DNA of 32,571 nt from Catajapyx aquilonaris (Eukaryota): positions 1 through 32,571 of the forward strand of contig KZ539127.1 in assembly GCA_000934665.2 (NCBI GenBank), in the 5' to 3' direction. Below are positions 1 through 11,000 of the stretch, in pieces. The number at the start of each line of letters is the position of its first letter. Position 1 is the stretch's first letter. The notes beneath the pieces are model-generated. The model had not been told where the DNA came from. It saw nothing but the letters and a program-made list of their open reading frames with translations, and ran no database searches. Position numbers and translations under genes: made by a program.

Positions 1-1051
1 AAAGGTCGCCTAGGCTATGTGGTCCGGCCCCGTAACATGGATGGAGAGGCCCCGCAGGATAAGTCGCGGCCTTTAGTGCGCATCATTTACGACCAACATG
101 ACCACGACCTTTGGGCGGGCAGTGCCACCTGTGCGAAAGAGCCCGAACCCGATGGACATGACAAGGTTCCTCCCCAGGGGCGGCCCGTACTTCCGTGGTG
201 CCCATCGAATAAAGGGCAATCGTGCAGGGCATCATTCTGTAGGGTGGGTGGGCAGCAGGAGGGTCGGGAGGTGGGACGAGGGGAGAGAGGGCCGAGTGGG
301 GGTAGGGTAGGGTAGGGTAGAGGCCAGAGGGGGGGGGGGGNTCCGGAAAAGTACCATTTATTTCGAGGGTTGGTACCATTTACTCGATCTCACGATCTGG
401 CAACTCTGATTACGACTGCGGCTCTCTCGGACAGCGGACAGGCAGGGGGACACCACTCGCTTCACACGCCTCTTCCACCGCAAACGGAAGGAAGTGGGAG
501 GGGTGGAGGAGGGAGGGAGGGAGAGGGGTCTGTGCACGCGCCGAGGGGATTATTGCACTCCTTCGCTGGTCGGAGGGGGACACGGAGAGACTGAGGGTCA
601 AGAAGGGGGAAAAAAAGGGACACTGCACAAGGTGAGAGAATAATCGAACTGAGAAGGCGTGCATGTGCCGTATTCCCTTCATTATATGCATGCGGGGGGC
701 AGGTGTGATGACCGGGGCTGTTTCTCAAGGTGGTCCACCTGGGAATATCAACCCAACTTGTTTTCTGTCTCGAGAGATTACTATTTGCCAGGCTGATTCT
801 GAGACCAAGTACATGGCTATTTGAAGGGAAGGCATCATCTTTTTTTTTTGTTTTTCTGTTCAGACTCCAATTATCTTCAAGTTGCAGGGCAGCTTTTACT
901 TTCCTGATCTGACATGTGTTCTTCAACGATGGCATTTTCTATTGCTGTGCAGGAAAACGTTTCATTGCAGTGTTGTACCGATGAATGTGGCTTCGTGGTA
1001 TAATTGCAATTAGTATGTTAAACAACAGTGCATGTGGATCATGCGCTATGG

Positions 1052-1232
1052 CAGGGTTTCTCAACCTTAATACCCTTGTAGAAGCCTGAAAATAATAATA
1101 ATTTCTCAGGGAACCCCTATATAAATAATATGATACCGGTACCTCAAGAGTAATTATTCAAAAAAACATTTAGTCTACATATGATTAGCCTATTCGTCAC
1201 TATTTATCAGAGAACCCCAGTTGAGGAATCTT
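1052..1232. mobile_element. Degenerate hAT-like MITE remnant
   Basis: Starts CAGGGTTTCTCAAC and ends with an imperfect inverted GTTGAGGAATC; internal GAACCCC motifs; no clear TSD. Confidence 0.4.
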
Positions 1233-2042
1233 TCTTTGGTAATTCTAATGCAAAGGTACCATATATATTACTCTGGTGGTGTACTGTACATTACCCCTGG
1301 AGGGTGGTCCCCAGAGAGAGAGAGAGAGAGATGAAATCTGTTCCCGTATGCACATGCTTAATTTTTCCCAACTATTTCTGGTGACTGGATAGATACAAGG
1401 AAATGGTCTGCTGCAGATAAAAAGCAGCAGGAGGTGGCCCCAGGATCAAACCCACATGATCTTAATGGTTTGCAGGAAAGGGGTGTGACTGGGAGAATAC
1501 TGTGACCCTTGACATTTTTTTAAACAAGTACATCCTCCTGGGCATAATGTTATAGAGGTTACAGTAGATGAGTATTGAAGTAGTCACTTGACTGAATTAA
1601 GGGGCAGTGTCCCTTGCTCCATATGCTTCACCCCTCTCACAACATGCTGCAAAAAAAAAGTGGGAAAAAGCCAGTGGGCAACAACTATACTGCCTCTTGC
1701 ATAATTGAACCAGCAGGCAACCGGTAGGGAGAGGAGAGGAGAGAAGCCACAGTTCATGCTCAATTATGCAGGAACCACGAATGCTGGATGAAGCTTGGGG
1801 ATCGATGCTGCAGTAGTCCAGCAAAAAAAGAGGAGGTAACGCTACCTCACACTTGCCATCTTCTGGCAGAACTATCCCTGCCTTTGCAGTGGGTATATAT
1901 ACTTTGCATTGCAAAGTATGGCCCATTAAGCAGTTAAAATGACAGATTAATGGCAGTGAGGAATGCTGAGAGTGTAATTTTTGTGTCTGATTTGTTTGCA
2001 GACTGAGAGATGTGTAATGTAAGTTGAAGAGAAGAACTGAGA

Positions 2043-5000
2043 ATGAAGCACGCTGAGGTGGGTGCTGTTGCTGCTTTGGCCTGTTGTCTGTTGCTGGCGC
2101 CTGGTTGCTTACCAAGGAGGATACGCCCAGAGCAATTGCAGGCCTCGCACCAGTCTTCGTCTTCCAACCGGCGTCCAGCCTCACACTCAAAGGATGCAGG
2201 CAGACCAAACATCATCCTCTTTCTCACTGATGACCAGGATGTTGAGTTGGGTGAGATACATGTTGTAATTACAGTTAAGCTTCACTTCATGATCTGATGA
2301 AAATGTAGTGTGACAAATTATCACTTTTCTTGTGTTCATGTGGTTTAATTTTGGAATTACTGACACTCCTTCCTGTATTTTGTTTTTCTTCTGTTAACCA
2401 TTTCTGGTTTGGACTCTTGAATATGGGTTACTAAACTGAATTCCTTTCTAGCAGTAGGAGGGGCAGCATTTATAACTTGAACCCAGGAATGTTTACATGA
2501 GAGAATGAGGAATCCAAGTAGTACTATGCAATTTGCCCAGTGGCATAAGGGCAAGAATTTCAGTTGGTGAGGATGCAGATTATTTCTTGTCAGGACTAAA
2601 TAGTTTCTTAACTCCCTACAATTGCGATAAGCCTGCAAGAGCCAGTTCTCAGCAAGTAGTAAATATAACCTCCTGATTCCTTGAGCAAGTGTACATGAAA
2701 GGAAGAGTAGTCCTTTTGCAAGTTCAACTCCAAAAATCAGAAATGAATTCTCGATTCCAAATATTATGTAAGTTTTCATTCAATTTCAATATAATAATAC
2801 TTCAAGTCAAGGATGGTTTCGTTGGCTGGTAACAGTGTCAAATTTCCAATCCTCCACATCACTATTTAGAAGAGTATGAAGGTAGGCAGGTACTCATAGG
2901 AAACACAAGACAACCACATCCCTTGGGAAATGGATAATTTCTAGGCACACCTATGATGAGTCAGCCACATTGTTCCTTACGCTGGCTTATCATGTCAAAT
3001 TGTAAGATGGTGATAAAGTAATTAAATGAATGGTAAAGAAATCAGTTAAGCAGAAATGAATTGATAGATTCCCCAATCACAAGGACGACTTCTGGGAGGG
3101 TTTGTTTGCGCAGGAAGTGATGACTCACAGTTGTGCTATTAATTCTGCATCAGACTTCCAGGAAGCTGTTCCTTCGTCAATATTTACACCTCTCTTAGTG
3201 GAAATGCCTTCACTAATTTACGTTTATGATCCCCAGGGTCAATGGCATTCATGCCTAAAACTCGGCGCATCCTTCAGGAAGGAGGAGCTGAGTTCCGTCA
3301 TGCTTATGTAACTACACCCATGTGCTGCCCTTCGCGCAGTTCCCTCTTGACTGGACTCTATGTCCATAACCATCAGGTTTTCACCAACAACGACAACTGC
3401 TCTTCCCCACTCTGGCAGTCTTCCCATGAAACTCGTACATTTGCTTCCTACTTATCCAATGCTGGATATAGAACTGGTGAGTGGTTGGAAATTTAATCAA
3501 GGAGCATATCAAAAGTAACACATGATTGTGTCTTCTTTACAGGCTACTTTGGAAAATACCTTAACAAGTATAATGGGTCGTATATTCCTCCTGGATGGCG
3601 GGAATGGGCTGGTCTCATTATGAACTCCAGGTTTTACAACTATACAGTCAATGTTAATGGGAATCACATTAAGCATGGATTTGACTACCATCGGGTGAGT
3701 GTGAAGGATGTAGTATAGAGAGGCACCTGATACTTGGCTCTTAGTGTGCTGACAGAGAGAAAGATCAGCATGGCAAATGTGCAAAGTTGTCAGAGAAAGG
3801 CACGTGCAGGGGTTTTGTTTATGACTTGTGCATATGGCTATAGATCGGTCGCTATGCAAATGCAACCGAGTGGCCAATTTTATTGGAGGAATTTTATTAC
3901 AAACTGTATTCGTAATAAAATTGGCCACTCGGTTGTGTTCGTATAGCGACCGATCTATAGGTAATAACCTACTGCAGGAAATTTTTATTGGATCAAGAAA
4001 AATTTGTGAGTCAGTAAGTGTACAGTTGGTGCTTGGTGTTATTGTCATATATCATGGTTTCAGGACTATTATCCAGACCTAATAACCAACGATTCTGTGG
4101 CTTTCCTGCGCCGCTCAAAACGCTACTTCGCCAAGAAGCCTGTCTTGCTAGTGCTAAGCTTCCCATCTCCACATGGTCCTGAAGATGCTGCACCTCAGTA
4201 TGCTGAGAAATATTTTAATGTCACCAGTCATCAGTGAGTGTTCCTTATTCTTATGTGGTAGTCACTCCATACTAACGACATCTATTTTCATTTGGCAGCA
4301 CCCCTTCATATGACTTTGCCCCCAATCCAGACAAGCAATGGATATTGCGTGTGACTGATCGTATGGAACCAATACACAGGCAATTTACAGATTTGCTCAT
4401 GACCAAGAGATTGCAGACCTTGCAGAGTGTTGATGAGGCAGTGCACAGGGTTGGTGTGTGGTACATTTTCCCTTGTGAAGATTGTCATACTTGACTTCTT
4501 TTCTAAAGATTTATGAGGAACTGGTGGCTCTTGGAGAACTGAACAACACTTACATATTTTACACTTCTGACCATGGGTACCACTTAGGTCAGTTTGGATT
4601 GGTCAAGGGGAAGGCCATGCCCTTTGAGTTTGACATTAGAGTTCCATTTTATGTGCGTGGACCTGGAGTTACACCTGGAACACAGTGAGTTGGGTTATTT
4701 AATGACTTGGGATTTCAAATTATGTGGGGCTGCAGTTATATTCTTCTTTTTATACCTGTCATAAGGTAAATTTTATTCAATGGAAGGCAGCAAACTTTTT
4801 AAAGTAATGGTTCATTCAGACTAGACATACAATCAGTGAATTCTGAAAGGTGTGAGATGTGACACAAAGAGCTATTGGACTACTTTCGCCAGAAGGCTGG
4901 GAGAACCACTCACCAATCTTCACATGCAGTAGGCCTACGTGACACGTTGAGGTGGATATGAAGTAAATTAAAAAGGTGCACACTTAAAAAAGCGCCTCGT

Positions 5001-8000
5001 TAAAATTCAGGAAAAGTGCACAATTAAGACATGCCATAATTTGAGTGGTGTATGAAAGTACCCACTTTTTAATGCTTTGGGTGCAATAAGTATTTAATTT
5101 TCCTGAAAACAAGCCAGTGGTCTTCCTCAGACCACCAATGTAACCTGGAGAAAAAATTACCTTTGGCACAGGTTGTACATTCATTAAATGAATTTGATTA
5201 AATTTTATATTGTATGCTTTACCTGAAATGGGCTATAAACTTTTGTTGATACAGGTAAAATCTCGTTACAACGAAGACCGCGGGACCAGGCAAATCTTGT
5301 CGTAATGACGGAATTTCGTTAAATCGAGATCAGTTATTTTTATTTCCTAAATGCACCGTGCCTTAGAGGTTACAAACAAATATCACTTCTGATCTCCCGC
5401 ATTGTGAATTAAGAGGGAGATAGGTCAAATAATCATGGAAGGTAACTTCATCCGGCACGCCGCTGCTTTCAGCGACTTGTAGGGGAAAGAAAAGAACGGT
5501 ACATTTATGCCTTTACGGCGCACTCGCTTATCGCTATAGACAGTGCTGGAGCACGTGTGGCAGAGCATTTCACTAGTGCATATTTCGTTATATCGAGTTC
5601 AATACTAGCCCGGGATCCACCTTTCGTATTCGTTGTACTGAAAATTTTGTAGTAACGCATTTCGTAATAACGGGATTACAAATAGGGCCTACGTTGCTCT
5701 TATGGCTGGCCAACCAAAATTTTATTTTTATTGCGTTCTATTGAAATTTCGTTGTATTGGTATTCGCTAAAACGAGATTTTACTGTATAATTTAATCAAT
5801 GGGAGATTCTTGAAAGGTTTTGATATGTAAAGGTCATGTGCCGGGGTCTGTGGTAGCCTGAAGATCATATTCAGTTACCTTCTGAAGGAAGTGCATACCA
5901 CAATATTTGCTTGCAATTATGTGTTGTGTCTTCAATTTGAAAATGAGATGTTTATGCATTGAAATAGTACTTTCATACTTCCACCTGTTGAAACTATTCC
6001 ACCATAATGACAGAGATGTGAAAATAGGATCACCACACCTCAGCACAGGCAAAGTTGGTGCCCTATCACCTTGGGTTTAGTTGAAAAAGTTAACAATAGT
6101 ACACACTCATAACCTAACATGAAATGGCATGCAACAACAATGAAGATTCAACTGATGGAAGGTTTCAGTACATCACAGGTTGAGCTCTGATCATGCCATT
6201 TCTTGTTGTAAGCTACTTTATACTGCTGTTAATGTGACAAGGAATAGTGCATATAATGGGAATGTTTATTGGGAATAGGCTGTATCGATTATGTTTATGA
6301 ATATGCAGGATTCGAGAACTGGCCCTCAATGTAGACCTAGCTCCTACCTTCTTGGACCTTGGCGGAGTGGATTCCCCTCCACACATGGATGGCCGATCTC
6401 TCCTGCCTCTGTTGCATCGCAAGTGAGTTAGGGAAGCACTATGTGCTAAACTGTTTGCTTCCCTTATGATATTATTTCAGTGCATTCATTGACACACATT
6501 GTATTTTATCCCTGCTATTTTGCACTGCTTATTTTTTGGTTAGTTTGTCTGGGGGTGGGGGTTTTATTTTTCTGTCTCGCACCCACAGCTCAGTGAGCGC
6601 TTCTTCCTTCCTGCATCGTCGCAGCTCCTGGGACGAGGAGCGCCAACAGTGGCCTGATACCTTTCTCGTCGAAAGGTAGTCCGACACCACACTCGCTTCT
6701 TTCTCACAACCTCCTCTTTTAAATCTGCCTGACCAAAAACAGCTAGTGAAGGTATGCTGGCCTTTTATTGTGAATCAGTTGCTGCTGGCTAATCTCTGTT
6801 CTGGCCAAGTCTGTTGACAGATAAGACCTTGCACTGTTGCAGACTTTGAAGCGTACTACTGCGCCATGTATTGAATATTACAAGAAAAAATAACACCTTT
6901 GCCTAATTATGATGTGTTCTGTTGCATGATTTTCATGGGTTAATCACTAAAATTGTGCACTTAAATCCTCTGAAATAATGATGTTAACAAATACTGGATT
7001 GTGTGGCACAATGGCAGAACAAATTTAGTATATTTATAATGAAAGAACTGAATCACTTTTTATAAGAAGGGAACAAGTCCAACTTAAAGTTATTGGACTT
7101 GTTCCCTTCTTATAAAAAGTGATTCCTATTACAGTAATCATGATAATCCACAGTGCACCTGATCTGACAAAGTACAAGGGTTGGAATTTTAATGCTGGCA
7201 ATATATCTGTAGGATAACAGTGAATGGAGGAAGTTTACATCGCTTATGACACACTCAGATTGGGTCCTTATCTTACCTGAGAATGAGATTGTCCTACCAT
7301 AACATGTGGGTGCAGTATTGAGAAGCATGTGAGCCTTCATTACCAGATAACCAGACTATTCATGATGTTTTTGACATTGGAACAGCAGTGCTCGATCAAG
7401 ATTGAAATTGCCAGAGGATGCACAGCATGAGAGTTGTAGGGGCTTGCGGTGCATCTGCATTCCTGTATAGAACTGTTGCAATGTGGGCAAAAGCCATCCA
7501 TCAGTGAAGTAAAACTCTGACAGATGAGCCGTGGCCAGGATGTTCCAGTGCAAGTGAGTCGGAACAGATAATGCTGTTACTGCACTGACGGGAGAAAGAT
7601 GTGTGGTGGGCAATTCGTGAGTTAGCCTCTGCAAGTGTATCATGGCACACTCATGCTGTAGCCATTTAAAATTTTATTCAGTACCATTGCTTCAATTTTG
7701 AAAACATAATGAAAGACCAGCTGGTTGCAATAGCTCATGTTCTTGTCAATGGACAGATGTATGTGGTGGTGAACCTATTCTGCCCTGAGGTGAGATGTAG
7801 GGACCTAACCTGTCTGTGCCATAAGCAGTATAAACTTCTTGCATTTTTCTGCTACCCTACAGATGTGTTACCATTATTAAAATTCCAACCCTCGTATTAC
7901 ATAACCACATTTCAAATGAAGGTTTGCCTCAAAGAGAGATGTAAAGGGAAATCATTTCAGGTTTGCACAATGTGATCTCTTTTTTTTTAATGTGCAGGGA

Positions 8001-11000
8001 GTGAAGTAAGTGCATATTTACCAGATTTTTGCTACATGTCAGTGAAAAGAGATAATATCAGTAATTGGTTTTTCCATCGAAGGGTGTAGAGTCCATAGCA
8101 TTGCCAATTGATAAATTCCTTGCTAATTTTACAGCAAGTTTCAATCCAGATTTACACTGTCTTGAGCAGTTTTCAATGCTTGACATTCCTCACTGAGGCA
8201 ACACTTCAGTTATTAATTGATGCAACGCCTACAACTCCAGCTCTCTTTGCTTCAGCTCAGGGCGTCGGGAATCTTGGAAGGGACTGAAGTGGCGAGACTC
8301 GCTTTTGGTGGAGAGGGGTCGACCGTCCCCTCCTCCCTCCTCCCTTCCATCTCATCATCCCTACCAATTGCTGCCTCATCCTCACCCACACTGGAACAAG
8401 TGGGAGCGCCTAGCTACAGAATGCCGCAAGCCCCAGTATCGCTCCCCATGCAGAGGTTTCCAGAAGTGGGAGTGTGTCTGGGAAGATGGAAGGTGGAGGA
8501 TGCATAAGTGCAAATGGGCTGGATCAACCTCCACCTCCACCTCTGCCAACTCACATCGATGTGCATGCCCCTCTGAGGCAACAATCCCACCTCTCCCTCC
8601 AGCCTCTAGGAGTAGGTTGTATGCCAAGTTGGAGCCAAATGAGCGGAAGATGCAGCGTGCCTTTTTGAGAGACCACCTTAATAAGGGTAAGAGAGTTTTA
8701 GCATTCAGTATCAACTTAAGTTCACCTGCCTTAGCTGTCTCTCAAGGTACGTGTTTTTGTTAGAATGTATTACCTAAATAAATCAATAACTAGAGGATAT
8801 CAAGGAACAGAGATAGGTATACCTACACTAGATGAGTTTAGGAGTACTTCTCAACTCTCACTTATGGATATAATCATTATATGGTGCTGTGAAGTGTCTT
8901 CAATAATAATAAACGTATGCACCCACGGATGTTAGGGTCCCGGGTTCGATCCCAGCCCGGGGTTCCCCCCTTCATCTCGTGCAGAGTTCGGGGTCATCTC
9001 TGGCTGGTGGTATCTCCGTTAAGACAAACCACCTGGGGGAGTTCACAAAATGACCGCATCAGTGACATTGCACTGCACCTTGCACATCCCCTCCTGTCAT
9101 TCTGCCCATGGGCCCGGGCGTTTCATAAACTATGGTTCCAATGTACTATTAACAGTAAAAGTAATGTCGCCACTGTTTGTGTGTGTGTTTATGTGTTGGT
9201 AAACTTGGGCGCAGCCAGGTTATGGATATGTTTATATGGCGATGTTCCAGAATCCACAAGACTCTGCTCACCGGTCGCGGCCGCGGCCACTGTTCCACGG
9301 TCACGTGGCCGAACTGTCCGGGTCGCGGTTTGAGAGTGCCAATACTTATTCGTGCAACTTATTTTTAGTTTATATAGAGTCTGCGTATTTATAAAACAGA
9401 ACCCACTCATTTATCAGCGATTAAATCCACACTGCTATAAAATAGTACTCCATTAGCTCTGAACATGATTTCACTTGTTCGAAAACATTGTTCTTGGTTC
9501 TTGCCGTGCAAATTGGCTGATTCCGTTGTGTTATTGCGACTTGCCACACAAAACCAAGACATGTCATGCCAGCACCTGGTGGGTTATAACCCAAGAAGGC
9601 TGGTCGGTGAAGAAGACTATACTAATCACTCTAAGAAATGTCTGGATTAAATATCCATGACAAAAGTGACGTCACTTTTGTCATGGATATTATTTTAACC
9701 TGGACATTTCTTAGAGTGTAATCTGATAGGGGAACCTATCCTAACCTGACTGTGACGTAATGGGTTCGCTCCGTTTGCCTGAAGCTACAGTCAATGGAAA
9801 TCTGCCTAATGCACCTCTGGAACCTTCCACTCTTCCTGTTTCCAAGGGAATGCCCTCATGCAGCAATAGGAGTCATCCGCGGTTTTAAAGTTTGGTTTCA
9901 TTTTTGTGACATGGATCTTCTGGGTGCTTCAGGCAGTTGAGCACGCAGAATGTTCTTTTTGGGAGGCTGGCAGGCGAGGAAGCCCGCCGCAGGCGAAAAA
10001 TTTTGTGTATTCAAGGTCACACAAGCAGAAAGAAATATCATCTTCAGGGTTATTTTGCATTTCTGGGAAAAAGTCCCTAAGATGCACTACAGTTTTGACT
10101 ACCAGTCCAATAATATACTGTTTGCAGATATTTTCGTAATGAACGCACATCTTGTCATTGTCCCGGACAATACACAAGAGAAGGAGGGTTAGCATGAAAG
10201 ATTTCTGATTTACGACCACCACTTCCAATTCAACCCTACCTCTTTGGTGGTAGTTAATTACAGTAATCGCTAAATTAACACATCTCGTTTACGGGCAAAT
10301 TTTCTAGAGAGATAGAATCAGTTTGCACAAATAACTAGTTATCCTTCCTCGCGACCCAAAGTTGGGGTCGCGACCGCAAAACGGAAAAGATCACACAGAC
10401 AGCGGCGGATTTCCCATTGGGCACAGTAGGCACTGGCCTAGGGGCGGCCGCCCTAGTTGCAATAAATAATATTTATCCAATATAATAATAGGAAATTAAG
10501 GCGAGATCACAAAGAAAATCGCATTTTTGAGAGCTTGATTTACCACAACAGGCAGAAAAGGTCATTGCTGATGGGTGGCCGCCCTCTGGTCGGCCATAAC
10601 TTTCAATATAATATTTTAAAAATAAAATAACATTAAATTGAAGGAGATAACACAATAAAAAAATTTGCATTTTTAGGTGTCAGGCCGGGGGGGGGGGGGG
10701 GGGGGGNNNATCTCAAGTGCCTAAGGGCGGCCGGGGGGGGTAAATCCGGAGCTGCACACAGAACAGTGCAATGTGCATGTGACAAATAGGAGGAGTGGAA
10801 GATTCCAGGGGTGCTTTTATCTGAACAAGAAAATGGATACTGATGGAAATATTTTGACTTCAAATTCAAACTCAGCGCATACTAATACATATTAATAAAA
10901 GGTGAAAATTCCTTATTTAACAAAACCATTGAAGGGCAACACGGTGGCGGAGTGGTTAGTGTCACAGCCTTTCACCTCTAAGGTCCCGAGTTCGATCCCC

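Noticed and set aside
9906..10228. Overlapping ORFs in Sulf1 intron 9
   Set aside because: No recognisable domain; the CGCCGCAGGCGAAAAATTTT motif looks repeat-derived.
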